A stretch of DNA of 18,936 nt from a virus (taxonomy: Duplodnaviria; Heunggongvirae; Uroviricota; Caudoviricetes): positions 1 through 18,936 of the IMG/VR virus record IMGVR_UViG_2529293138_000006. One strand, written 5' to 3'. The notes under the pieces are model-generated. The model searched no databases. It saw only the letters and a list, made by a program, of their open reading frames with translations, and was not told the DNA's origin. A program made the position numbers and the translations under genes. Positions 7,239-15,452 of this stretch are shown piece by piece (position 1 is the stretch's first letter; every line of letters starts with the position of its first letter).

Positions 7239-7982
7239 ATGCAACCACTTACATACCAACAGACTAGCGGATTTAGCCCGACTGCGGTGATAAATCGTTC
7301 TCAAACAAAACAGGTGCCAGGCCACGAAAAAATCCGTGATGCCGTCCGCGCTTGGTCGGCTGAAGATAATCAGGATGTCGTTGCCACACTCATTGTGAAT
7401 GAGTATCGGGAGCAGGGCGGCGGCACCATCGATTTCCCTGATGATGTCAGCCGTGCACGCCAGAAGCTGTTCCGCTTCCTCGATAACAAATTCGATTCTG
7501 AAAAATACCGAAATAACGTGCGTGAACTGACCCCGGCAATTCTGGCGGTACTACCGCTGGAATATCGCGGCCACCTGGTTGAGCAGGATAGCTTCATGGC
7601 TCGGCTGGCTGAAATGGAAAAGGAACTCAGTGAGGCAAAGCAGGCGGTCATTCTCAACGCACCACGCCACCAGAAACTGAAGGAGATGAGTGAAGGCATT
7701 GTGTCGATGTTTCGAGTGGACCCGGATCTGGCTGGTCCATTGATGGCGATGGTCACCACCATGCTGGGGGCAATATGGCAGGTTCAAAAATGGCGAAAGT
7801 CGGTCTGCGGGAACAGAACCGACTTTCAGGTGCAAATCGTAACACACTCATTGCGGGAGGAATTATGGCAAACACTGCTGAGATATTCAATTTTCCAGTG
7901 CCGGATGCGGCACAAAAGGAGCCGCGCGTGGCAGATCTCGATGATTATACGCGCATTGCAAATGAGTTGCTGGAAGCTGTAA
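7239..7982 (+). CDS. Hypothetical protein at the cII position (possibly a CII/YdaT-like regulator); C-terminal extent uncertain
   Basis: ORF starting with a good SD (AAAGGAG) after the boxA region. The last ~70 codons overlap the O-like start by 118 nt and have an atypical W/Q/R/C-rich composition, suggesting either a shorter true gene or a frameshift. Confidence 0.45.
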   Translation: MQPLTYQQTSGFSPTAVINRSQTKQVPGHEKIRDAVRAWSAEDNQDVVATLIVNEYREQGGGTIDFPDDVSRARQKLFRFLDNKFDSEKYRNNVRELTPAILAVLPLEYRGHLVEQDSFMARLAEMEKELSEAKQAVILNAPRHQKLKEMSEGIVSMFRVDPDLAGPLMAMVTTMLGAIWQVQKWRKSVCGNRTDFQVQIVTHSLREELWQTLLRYSIFQCRMRHKRSRAWQISMIIRALQMSCWKL

Positions 7983-8791
7983 TGCTGGCCGGATTAACAC
8001 AGCACCAGCTTCTGGTCTTCCTGGCTGTCATGCGCAAAACATATGGCTTTAATAAAAAACTGGATTGGGTGAGCAACGAGCAACTTTCCGAGTTGACCGG
8101 GATATTGCCGCACAAGTGTTCTGCTGCAAAAAGTGTTCTGGTAAAGCGTGGGATTTTTATTCAGAGCGGGCGGAATATCGGCATTAATAATGTGGTCAGT
8201 GAATGGTCAACATTACCCGAATCAGGTAAGAAAAATAAAGTTTACCTGAAAGAGGTAAATTTACCTGAATCAGGTAAGAAAAGTTTACCCAAATCAGGTA
8301 AAGGCACTTACCCGAATCAGGTAAACACAAAAGACAAACTAACAAAAGACAATATAAAACCTTATTCGTCCGAGAATTCTGGCGAATCCTCTGACCTGCC
8401 AGAAAACGACCTTCCTGTGGTGAAAGCGGATGCTGCGATTCAGAGCGGCAGCAAGTGGGGGACAGCAGAAGACCTGACCGCCGCAGAGTGGATGTTTGAC
8501 ATGGTGAAGACCATCGCGCCATCAGCCAGAAAACCGAATTTTGCAGGGTGGGCTAACGATATCCGCCTGATGCGTGAACGTGACGGACGTAACCACCGCG
8601 ACATGTGCGTGCTGTTCCGCTGGGCATGCCAGGACAACTTCTGGTCCGGTAACGTGCTAAGTCCGGCCAAACTCCGCGACAAGTGGACCCAACTCGAAAT
8701 CAACCGTAACAAGCAACAGGCAGGCGTGACAGCTAGCAAACCAAAACTCGACCTGACAAACACAGACTGGATTTACGGGGTGGATCTATGA
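7865..8791 (+). CDS. O: Replication initiator, lambda O-like (308 aa), with an origin embedded in the coding sequence
   Basis: N-terminus MANTAEIFNFPV...ADLDDYTRIANELLEA...RKTYGFNKK resembles lambda O (MTNTAKILNF...). The C-terminal ~100 aa (NFAGWANDIRLMRERDGRNHRDMCVLFRWACQDNFWSGN...WIYGVDL) matches the lambda O P-interaction domain. GGAGG SD precedes the ATG at 7865. Confidence 0.88.
   Translation: MANTAEIFNFPVPDAAQKEPRVADLDDYTRIANELLEAVMLAGLTQHQLLVFLAVMRKTYGFNKKLDWVSNEQLSELTGILPHKCSAAKSVLVKRGIFIQSGRNIGINNVVSEWSTLPESGKKNKVYLKEVNLPESGKKSLPKSGKGTYPNQVNTKDKLTKDNIKPYSSENSGESSDLPENDLPVVKADAAIQSGSKWGTAEDLTAAEWMFDMVKTIAPSARKPNFAGWANDIRLMRERDGRNHRDMCVLFRWACQDNFWSGNVLSPAKLRDKWTQLEINRNKQQAGVTASKPKLDLTNTDWIYGVDL
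8213..8365. repeat. Replication origin: five ~18 bp iterons (TTACCCGAATCAGGTAAG type, each an internal palindrome) followed by an A/T-rich tract
   Basis: Iteron copies at 8213-8230, 8242-8258 (degenerate), 8261-8278, 8285-8302 and 8308-8325, followed by the AT-rich 8326-8365 (cacaaaagacaaactaacaaaagacaatataaaacc). Classic lambdoid ori architecture inside O. Confidence 0.8.
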
Positions 8792-9489
8792 AAAACATCG
8801 CCGCACAGATGATTAACTTTGACCGTGAGCAGATGCGTCGGATCGCCAACAACATGCCGGAACAGTACGACGAAAAGCCTCAGGTACAGCAGGTAGCGCA
8901 GATCATCAATGGTGTGTTCAGCCAGTTACTGGCAACTTTCCCGGCGAGCCTGGCTAACCGTGACCAGAATGAACTGAACGAAATCCGCCGCCAGTGGGTT
9001 CTGGCTTTCCGGGAAAACGGGATCACCACAATGGAACAGGTTAACGCTGGAATGCGCGTAGCCCGTCGGCAGAATCGACCATTTCTGCCATCACCCGGGC
9101 AGTTTGTTGCATGGTGCCGGGAAGAAGCATCCGTTATCGCCGGACTGCCAAACGTCAGCGAGCTGGTTGATATGGTTTACGAGTATTGCCGGAAGCGAGG
9201 CCTGTATCCGGATGCGGAGTCTTATCCGTGGAAATCAAACGCGCACTACTGGCTGGTTACCAACCTGTATCAGAACATGCGGGCCAATGCGCTTACTGAT
9301 GCGGAATTACGCCGTAAGGCCGCAGATGAGCTTGTCCATATGACTGCGAGAATTAACCGTGGTGAGGCGATCCCTGAACCAGTAAAACAACTTCCTGTTA
9401 TGGGCGGTAGACCTCTAAATCGTGCACAGGCTCTGGCGAAGATCGCAGAAATTAAAGCTAAGTTCGGACTGAAAGGAGCAAGTGTATGA
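8788..9489 (+). CDS. P: Lambda P replication protein (DnaB helicase loader), 233 aa
   Basis: Translation is near-identical to lambda P over its full length; ATG overlaps the O stop (ATGA). Confidence 0.95.
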   Translation: MKNIAAQMINFDREQMRRIANNMPEQYDEKPQVQQVAQIINGVFSQLLATFPASLANRDQNELNEIRRQWVLAFRENGITTMEQVNAGMRVARRQNRPFLPSPGQFVAWCREEASVIAGLPNVSELVDMVYEYCRKRGLYPDAESYPWKSNAHYWLVTNLYQNMRANALTDAELRRKAADELVHMTARINRGEAIPEPVKQLPVMGGRPLNRAQALAKIAEIKAKFGLKGASV

Positions 9490-9788
9490 CGGGCAAAGAG
9501 GCAATTATTCATTACCTGGGGACGCATAAGAGCTTCTGTGCACAGGACGTTGCCGCGGTAACAGGCGCAACCGTAACCAGCATAAATCAGGCTGCGGCTA
9601 AAATGGCGCGGGCAGGAATCCTGGTCGTTGATGGTAAGGTCTGGCGAACGGTGTATTACCGGTTCGCTACCAGAGAAGAACGGGAAGGAAAGGTGAGCAC
9701 GAATCTGATTTTTAAGGAGTGTCGCCAGAGTGCCGCGATGAAACGCGTATTGAGGGTATATAAAAGAACATCAATGGGTACACAATGA
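9486..9788 (+). CDS. ren: Ren (Rex exclusion protein), 100 aa
   Basis: Translation MTGKEAIIHYLGTHKSFCAQDVAAVTGATVTSINQAAAKMARAGILVVDGKVWRTVYYRFATREEREGK... matches lambda Ren; overlaps the P stop. Confidence 0.9.
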   Translation: MTGKEAIIHYLGTHKSFCAQDVAAVTGATVTSINQAAAKMARAGILVVDGKVWRTVYYRFATREEREGKVSTNLIFKECRQSAAMKRVLRVYKRTSMGTQ

Positions 9789-9855
9789 TGAAACAGGTGA
9801 GTTGATTTCAAACTGTAGTACAATTCTCTCCAGTTTGAACAGGAAAGAATATGCT

Positions 9856-10188
9856 ATGAACCCTTATATTTATCTTGGTGGTGCAATACTTGCAGAGGTC
9901 ATTGGTACAACCTTAATGAAGTTTTCAGAAGGTTTTACACGGTTATGGCCATCTGTTGGTACAATTATTTGTTATTGTGCATCATTCTGGTTATTAGCTC
10001 AGACGCTGGCTTATATTCCTACAGGGATTGCTTATGCTATCTGGTCAGGAGTCGGTATTGTCCTGATTAGCTTACTGTCATGGGGATTTTTCGGCCAACG
10101 GCTGGACCTGCCAGCCATTATAGGCATGATGTTGATTTGTGCCGGTGTGTTGGTTATTAATTTATTGTCACGAAGCACACCACATTAA
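9856..10188 (+). CDS. emrE: EmrE small multidrug resistance (SMR) efflux transporter, 110 aa
   Basis: Translation from MNPYIYLGGAILAEVIGTTLMKFSEGFTRLWPSVGTIICYCASFWLLAQTLAYIPTGIAYAIWSGVGIVLISLLSWGFFGQRLDL... matches E. coli EmrE. Four TM helices are evident. Same location (after ren) as in the DLP12 prophage. Confidence 0.93.
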   Translation: MNPYIYLGGAILAEVIGTTLMKFSEGFTRLWPSVGTIICYCASFWLLAQTLAYIPTGIAYAIWSGVGIVLISLLSWGFFGQRLDLPAIIGMMLICAGVLVINLLSRSTPH

Positions 10189-10217
10189 AATAATTTGTTT
10201 CTAAACGACTAAAATAT

Positions 10218-10250
10218 GGAGGCTCTTATATTTATATGAGCCTCGTTTTA
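10218..10250 (+). terminator. Rho-independent terminator downstream of emrE
   Basis: Perfect 7 bp stem GAGGCTC...GAGCCTC with a 12 nt AT loop, followed by GTTTTATGCTTTTTG. Confidence 0.6.
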
Positions 10251-10442
10251 TGCTTTTTGTTAATGTCTTTATTTTTTATGTATTCTTTTGTGCTTTCAAG
10301 ATTATGGCGTAAGAAAATTGCAATACGATTATTGTTGTATATTCAAGATAATGTGACCTTAATTGTCTTTTTAAATAAAAATTAAACAAAAATTATATCC
10401 CACCACTAAGGTTTATAAAAGCATACGTTAGCAGGTGTCACC

Positions 10443-11969
10443 ATGAAAAAAGCCATAGCATATATGCGATTTTCATCACCAGGTCAGATGTCTGGCGACT
10501 CATTAAACCGACAGAGAAGACTTATTGCTGAATGGTTAAAGGTAAATAGTGATTATTATCTTGATACCATAACATATGAAGATTTAGGATTAAGTGCATT
10601 CAAAGGAAAGCATGCACAATCAGGAGCTTTTTCGGAATTTTTAGATGCTATAGAGCATGGTTATATATTGCCAGGAACTACATTGTTAGTTGAAAGTCTG
10701 GACAGACTTTCAAGAGAAAAAGTCGGTGAAGCGATTGAGCGTCTGAAATTGATTTTGAATCACGGTATTGATGTTATAACTCTTTGCGATAATACAGTCT
10801 ATAATATTGACTCTTTGAATGATCCATATTCATTAATAAAAGCCATACTTATAGCACAAAGGGCAAATGAAGAAAGCGAGATAAAGTCAAGTCGGGTTAA
10901 ATTATCATGGAAGAAAAAACGGCAGGATGCACTGGAGTCAGGCACGATTATGACGGCGTCTTGTCCGAGATGGCTCTCCTTAGATGACAAAAGAACGGCT
11001 TTTGTTCCAGACCCCGACAGGGTGAAAACTATTGAGCTAATTTTTAAACTCAGGATGGAAAGGCGCTCATTGAATGCAATAGCCAAGTATTTAAATGATC
11101 ATGCTGTAAAGAATTTCTCAGGAAAAGAAAGTGCATGGGGACCTTCTGTAATTGAAAAATTATTAGCGAATAAAGCTCTGATAGGTATATGCGTACCTTC
11201 ATATCGTGCAAGAGGTAAAGGAATAAGTGAAATCGCTGGCTATTATCCCAGAGTCATATCAGATGATTTGTTTTACGCTGTGCAGGAAATTCGGTTGGCA
11301 CCTTTTGGTATTAGCAATAGTAGCAAAAATCCTATGTTGATAAATCTACTTCGAACAGTTATGAAGTGCGAGGCTTGTGGTAATACCATGATTGTTCATG
11401 CGGTATCTGGAAGTTTGCATGGCTATTATGTTTGTCCGATGAGAAGACTGCATCGATGTGACAGGCCATCAATAAAGAGAGATTTGGTTGATTATAATAT
11501 CATTAATGAGTTGCTTTTTAATTGTAGTAAAATCCAACCAGTTGAAAACAAGAAAGATGCTAATGAAACTTTAGAGTTGAAAATTATTGAGCTCCAGATG
11601 AAAATTAATAATTTAATTGCTGCATTATCTGTTGCGCCTGAAGTTACCGCTATAGCAGAAAAAATCAGAGTATTAGATAAGGAATTACGAAGGGCTTCTG
11701 TATCATTAAAAACTTTGAAGAGTAAAGCGGTGAGCTCACTTGGTGATTTTCATGCTATTGACTTAACCAGTAAAAATGGGCGAGAGCTATGTCGTACACT
11801 TGCCTATAAAACATTCGAAAAAATCATAATCAATACAGATAATAAAACCTGTGATATCTATTTTATGAATGGCATTGTTTTTAAACACTACCCTTTAATG
11901 AAAACAATATCCGCCCAGCAGGCGATAAGTACTCTCAAATATATGGTTGATGGTGAGGTTTATTTTTGA
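10443..11969 (+). CDS. ybcK: Large serine recombinase (DLP12 YbcK-like), 508 aa
   Basis: N-terminal resolvase-type catalytic region with the serine motif (AIAYMRFSSPGQ), a long recombinase domain and a Cys-rich segment (CEACGN...CPMRRLHRC) consistent with a zinc ribbon. AT-rich codon usage. Confidence 0.85.
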   Translation: MKKAIAYMRFSSPGQMSGDSLNRQRRLIAEWLKVNSDYYLDTITYEDLGLSAFKGKHAQSGAFSEFLDAIEHGYILPGTTLLVESLDRLSREKVGEAIERLKLILNHGIDVITLCDNTVYNIDSLNDPYSLIKAILIAQRANEESEIKSSRVKLSWKKKRQDALESGTIMTASCPRWLSLDDKRTAFVPDPDRVKTIELIFKLRMERRSLNAIAKYLNDHAVKNFSGKESAWGPSVIEKLLANKALIGICVPSYRARGKGISEIAGYYPRVISDDLFYAVQEIRLAPFGISNSSKNPMLINLLRTVMKCEACGNTMIVHAVSGSLHGYYVCPMRRLHRCDRPSIKRDLVDYNIINELLFNCSKIQPVENKKDANETLELKIIELQMKINNLIAALSVAPEVTAIAEKIRVLDKELRRASVSLKTLKSKAVSSLGDFHAIDLTSKNGRELCRTLAYKTFEKIIINTDNKTCDIYFMNGIVFKHYPLMKTISAQQAISTLKYMVDGEVYF

Positions 11970-12081
11970 GTAATAATCACTTTTTTCAACCGTGCTATAG
12001 TAAGAAAGTTAGGTAAGTACAATAAAATTATCTATCCTGAACGAAGCGTCCTGAGCTATGGTTTTACTATAGGGACTGCCA

Positions 12082-12411
12082 ATGGATGCTGGCGTTCTCG
12101 TTCTAGCAGTTCAACAATCCCCAATCACAAAACAATTCACTGATAACGAACTTTGCACACTCGCCTGGTTATGGCGAGCAGGGAATGTGATGTTAATTGC
12201 CTACCAGAACGTTACTCATCTTCTTCAGGATGCGGAGCATGGTGAAGCTGGTCGCTTCACTTCCATCGAGCAAGAATATCCCCAGATACTCACCAGAGCG
12301 CGAGCAATCCTCGCCAGAGAAACGGCACATGTAAAATTCCAGCCGTGGCAGGATGATAAGTGGAGTCGAGTATTGCCACATTTGCGTCAGAATGTTATTA
12401 AACAACGTTAG
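12082..12411 (+). CDS. Hypothetical protein (109 aa)
   Basis: ORF only; weak SD. Not recognised. Could be a gene remnant. Confidence 0.35.
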   Translation: MDAGVLVLAVQQSPITKQFTDNELCTLAWLWRAGNVMLIAYQNVTHLLQDAEHGEAGRFTSIEQEYPQILTRARAILARETAHVKFQPWQDDKWSRVLPHLRQNVIKQR

Positions 12412-12470
12412 CTACTGTGTCTCTCCAATTTAGCTAACATATGGATTCATAAGAAAAAGGAGCTTTTGCC

Positions 12471-12722
12471 ATGATGTCCTTCACCAAATGTAAATTAATG
12501 CACAGCCATAAAACTAGCGTAAATGCAGCGCTCTTGGACGATACGAAATTAGTTGTAGAGAGGGATCTCCATTTTCTTCGTGAGTTATACATATCAAGCC
12601 CAGAAGAATTTGTCGGACATTGGGTTTATGCAAATGAGCCAATATTTCATGAACATCCACTGTCTGTTGGCCTTTCTGGTATTGTCTATCACAAGGTTAT
12701 TGATGAAATTGAAAAATCATAA
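12471..12722 (+). CDS. Hypothetical protein (83 aa)
   Basis: ORF with a good SD (AAGGAG, ~8 nt spacer). Not recognised. Confidence 0.45.
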   Translation: MMSFTKCKLMHSHKTSVNAALLDDTKLVVERDLHFLRELYISSPEEFVGHWVYANEPIFHEHPLSVGLSGIVYHKVIDEIEKS

Positions 12723-12892
12723 TCAATAAGCAATAATACCGTCACCGTTGGCCTGAACACCCTGCGGTGACTTCTGCGCATATGATTGGGAAATTATATG
12801 CGACCACAAGTTAAACTCCTCGCCTTGCCACAGATGCAGAAATGCACCTGCGTTTTTTTGCATCCAACGTTTGACCTCTGCGGAGGTGAAGC

Positions 12893-13348
12893 GTGAACCT
12901 CCCACAAGACGGCATCAAATTACATCGCGGCAACTTCACCGCTATCGGCCAGCAGATCCAGCCTTATCTGGAGGACGGAAAATGCTTTCGCATGGTGCTT
13001 AAACCGTGGCGTGAGAAACGCAGTCTTTCCCAGAATGCACTCAGCCACATGTGGTACAGCGAAATCAGTGAATACCTCATCAGCAAGGGTAAAACGTTCG
13101 CCACTCCAGCTTGGGTAAAAGATGCTCTCAAACACACATATCTCGGTTATGAAACCAAAGACCTGGTTGATGTCGTAACCGGTGATATCACCACTATCCA
13201 GTCGTTACGCCATACCTCCGATCTTGATACCGGAGAGATGTATGTCTTCCTGTGTAAGGTTGAAGCCTGGGCGATGAATATTGGCTGCCACCTGACTATT
13301 CCGCAGAGCTGCGAGTTCCAGCTGCTGCGCGACAAGCAGGAGGCGTAA
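12893..13348 (+). CDS. ybcN: NinB-family recombination protein (DLP12 YbcN-like), 151 aa, GTG start
   Basis: Translation matches remembered DLP12 YbcN ([19 protein letters not shown]...). GGAGG SD 6 nt upstream of the GTG. Confidence 0.85.
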   Translation: MNLPQDGIKLHRGNFTAIGQQIQPYLEDGKCFRMVLKPWREKRSLSQNALSHMWYSEISEYLISKGKTFATPAWVKDALKHTYLGYETKDLVDVVTGDITTIQSLRHTSDLDTGEMYVFLCKVEAWAMNIGCHLTIPQSCEFQLLRDKQEA

Positions 13349-13518
13349 TGGCTACACCGCTTATTCGTGTCATGAACGGACACATCTACAAAGTACCAAA
13401 TCGTCGTAAGCGTAAACCTGAGCTGAAGCCATCCGAAATACCAACACTGCTCGGATATACCGCCAGCCTGGTTGATAAAAAATGGTTGCGACTGGCAGCA
13501 AGGAGGAATCATGGCTGA
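13348..13518 (+). CDS. ninE: NinE-like small basic protein (56 aa)
   Basis: Manually translated: [59 protein letters not shown] overlaps the ybcN stop (TAATG). Below the ORF-track size cutoff. Confidence 0.6.
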   Translation: MATPLIRVMNGHIYKVPNRRKRKPELKPSEIPTLLGYTASLVDKKWLRLAARRNHG

Positions 13519-13801
13519 TTTGAGAAAAGCAGCGCGTAGTCGGGAATGCCAGGTAAGAATCCCTGGCGTATGTAATGGCAACCCTGAAACGTCTGTACTG
13601 GCACATATCCGGCTGACTGGATTGTGCGGCACCGGTACCAAACCGCCAGACTTGATTGCCACCATTGCATGTTCTGCCTGCCACGACGAAATCGACCGCC
13701 GCACACATTTTGTCGATGCTGCATATGCAAAAGAATGCGCGCTGGAAGGTATGGCGAGAACACAGGTTATCTGGCTGAAAGAGGGGGTTATTAAGGCGTG
13801 A
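13511..13801 (+). CDS. ybcO: YbcO-like protein (DUF1364 family, putative nuclease), 96 aa
   Basis: Start chosen at [10 protein letters not shown] with an AGGAGG SD; Cys-rich translation ([11 protein letters not shown]...CSACHDEID) matches remembered DLP12 YbcO. Confidence 0.75.
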   Translation: MADLRKAARSRECQVRIPGVCNGNPETSVLAHIRLTGLCGTGTKPPDLIATIACSACHDEIDRRTHFVDAAYAKECALEGMARTQVIWLKEGVIKA

Positions 13802-14160
13802 ATACCTACAGCATCACATTACCTTGGCCTCCGAGCAATAATCGCTACTACCGGCATAATCGCGGGCGCACGCACATCAGCGCAGAAGGGCAGGCATACC
13901 GTGATAACGTCGCCCGAATCATTAAAGGCTCAATGCTGGATATCGGCCTGGCTATTCCTGTGAAAATCCGCATAGAGTGCCACATGCCGGATCGCCGTCG
14001 CCGTGACCTGGATAATCTGCAAAAAGCCGCTTTTGACGCACTCACTAAAGCAGGTTTCTGGCTGGATGATGAGCTGGTCGTTGATTACCGCGTTGTGAAG
14101 ATGCCTGTTACCAAAGGTGGGAAGCTGGAACTGACCATCACTGAACTGGGAGATGAATGA
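13798..14160 (+). CDS. rusA: RusA Holliday junction resolvase, 120 aa, GTG start
   Basis: Translation [26 protein letters not shown]...[27 protein letters not shown]... matches E. coli RusA. Confidence 0.9.
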   Translation: MNTYSITLPWPPSNNRYYRHNRGRTHISAEGQAYRDNVARIIKGSMLDIGLAIPVKIRIECHMPDRRRRDLDNLQKAAFDALTKAGFWLDDELVVDYRVVKMPVTKGGKLELTITELGDE

Positions 14161-14297
14161 TGTTTGAGTCTTGTATGGCAGAACGTCTTCGCCGCCGCTG
14201 GGTGCGCCTGCGCTTATATCGTTTCCCCGGTTCTGTTTTGACCGATTACCGAATACTGAAGAATTACGCCAAAACCCTGACAGGAGCAGGAGTATGA
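14157..14297 (+). CDS. ylcG: YlcG-like small protein (46 aa)
   Basis: Manually translated: [46 protein letters not shown]. Overlaps the rusA stop. Matches remembered DLP12 YlcG. Confidence 0.6.
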   Translation: MMFESCMAERLRRRWVRLRLYRFPGSVLTDYRILKNYAKTLTGAGV

Positions 14298-14382
14298 AGT
14301 CAGAGATAACAATCAACTAATACTGTTTTGTTGATTTTTGCTTGTAATTGGCGTTCTGGTCTGATTTTTGTGGAGTAAGTTG

Positions 14383-14727
14383 ATGCGTGATATGTATGAA
14401 GTTTTGGATCGCTGGGGGGCATGGGCTGCAGCAGATAACAGTGGTGTGGACTGGCAGCCGATAGCAGCAGGCTTCAAGGGGCTTTTACCTCATGGCAAAA
14501 AGTCCCGGATGCAGTGTGATGATGATGAAGGTCTTATGATTGATGGATGTGTGGCGAGGTTGCGTAAATATAAGCCAGAAGAATATGAGCTACTAATTGC
14601 CCACTTTGTTATTGGGATCTCATTACGCACCATTGCTAAGAAAAGAAAATGCTCTGATGGCACAATTAGGAAGGAGTTGCAAACTGCAGTAGGATTTATA
14701 AACGGTGTAATGTCAGTATTTAAATAA
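14383..14727 (+). CDS. Late-gene antiterminator Q-like protein (DLP12 QuuD-like family), 114 aa
   Basis: Position (last gene of the nin region, before the lysis genes), a Cys/His cluster (CDDDEGLMIDGCVARL...) and resemblance to remembered QuuD. Start chosen at ATG 14383 (GGAGT SD) rather than TTG 14368. Confidence 0.75.
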   Translation: MRDMYEVLDRWGAWAAADNSGVDWQPIAAGFKGLLPHGKKSRMQCDDDEGLMIDGCVARLRKYKPEEYELLIAHFVIGISLRTIAKKRKCSDGTIRKELQTAVGFINGVMSVFK

Positions 14728-14745
14728 GCGCCAATTAAGGCGCTT
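14726..14745. terminator. Hairpin between the convergent Q-like and minus-strand cargo genes (possible bidirectional terminator)
   Basis: AAGCGCC-AATTAA-GGCGCTT inverted repeat overlapping both stop codons. T-tracts are short, so efficiency is uncertain. Confidence 0.4.
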
Positions 14746-15298
14746 TAAATGGAACGGGAACCTGTAAAGCGTTAGCAGCTATCTCAACTATTTTCTCGTT
14801 TGGAATATTTGCTAATATAAAGCGTTCCCTTTCTTGTAAAATTTTGTTTATAACGTAATACACGCTTAACATGCTGAACAACATTGATTCTTCCTTTGCT
14901 TTGCAAGAATAGTTATCCACTTTCCAGTTTTCAGACACATAGTCATATTTTGATTTAATTTGCTTTGATAGTAATAGAACATTTTTTAATGCTATTCGAG
15001 TGTCTCGATTGTAGTAAGAGTAAATATTATCTATGTTCTTCTCTAGAATAATTGGTTCAAACGTTTTCCCTAAAGAAATATACTGAAAATCTTTGGGTTT
15101 AAATGTGCGTTCTTTTATGCTTTTGCTAGTGGTTTTGATAGATTTCTCTAGTATTGATAATTCATCCTCTAACTCAGTGAATATGCTTTTTTTTAATGTT
15201 TTTATCTTTTCTTTTTCCTTTCTAGACTCAACATATGGCGCTAGTATAATACCCAAAAGAAAAGTGGTAAAAGGAATTAAGCTTTTGATAATGTCCAT
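14735..15298 (-). CDS. Hypothetical membrane-anchored, Lys/Glu-rich protein (187 aa); AT-rich moron
   Basis: N-terminal hydrophobic helix (LIPFTTFLLGIILAPYV), then a highly charged, low-GC body. AGGAAA SD before the ATG. Opposite orientation to the late operon. Confidence 0.6.
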   Translation of the reverse strand: MDIIKSLIPFTTFLLGIILAPYVESRKEKEKIKTLKKSIFTELEDELSILEKSIKTTSKSIKERTFKPKDFQYISLGKTFEPIILEKNIDNIYSYYNRDTRIALKNVLLLSKQIKSKYDYVSENWKVDNYSCKAKEESMLFSMLSVYYVINKILQERERFILANIPNEKIVEIAANALQVPVPFKAP

Positions 15299-15412
15299 GG
15301 TTTCCTTATTTTTTCATATGATTAACGCTAGGAAAATATGATAATAAAAAACTAACGCGTACGCAAAAATTATTGTATCGTGTTAAGAGTGGTTACTTTG
15401 TCACGTGGCTTA

Positions 15413-15440
15413 AGCCCGCCGTCGAGCGGGTTTCGTCGTT
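15413..15440 (+). terminator. Rho-independent terminator-like hairpin (candidate tR')
   Basis: GCCCGC-CGTCGA-GCGGGT stem-loop followed by TTTCGTCGTTT on the plus strand, immediately before a G9 homopolymer. Confidence 0.5.
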
Positions 15441-15452
15441 TGAGGGGGGGGG

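Noticed and set aside
7370-7847. Minus-strand ORFs 7370..7762 and 7551..7847 opposite the cII-position gene
   Set aside because: Antisense to a plus-strand gene within a unidirectional rightward operon; low-complexity Ser/Arg-rich translations typical of shadow frames.
8196-8763. Minus-strand ORFs 8196..8522 and 8440..8763 inside the O-like gene
   Set aside because: Antisense to O, and the first spans the iteron repeats, giving a repetitive spurious translation.
10443-11969. Possibility that the serine recombinase marks an IS element or transposon
   Set aside because: No terminal inverted repeats or target-site duplications were evident by eye, and the protein is a large serine recombinase rather than a DDE transposase. 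Kept as a recombinase CDS; a nested-element origin is raised in the findings.
12723-12905. Minus-strand 60 aa ORF overlapping the ybcN ribosome-binding site and start
   Set aside because: No convincing SD, overlaps the start region of a confident gene, and the plus strand here holds a T-rich tract (GCGTTTTTTTGCA) more consistent with intergenic regulatory DNA.
13147-14316. Minus-strand ORFs 13147..13704, 13370..13708, 13509..13763, 13848..14045 and 13930..14316 across ybcN/ninE/ybcO/rusA
   Set aside because: Antisense shadows of a tightly packed run of recognised plus-strand genes with overlapping start/stop codons.
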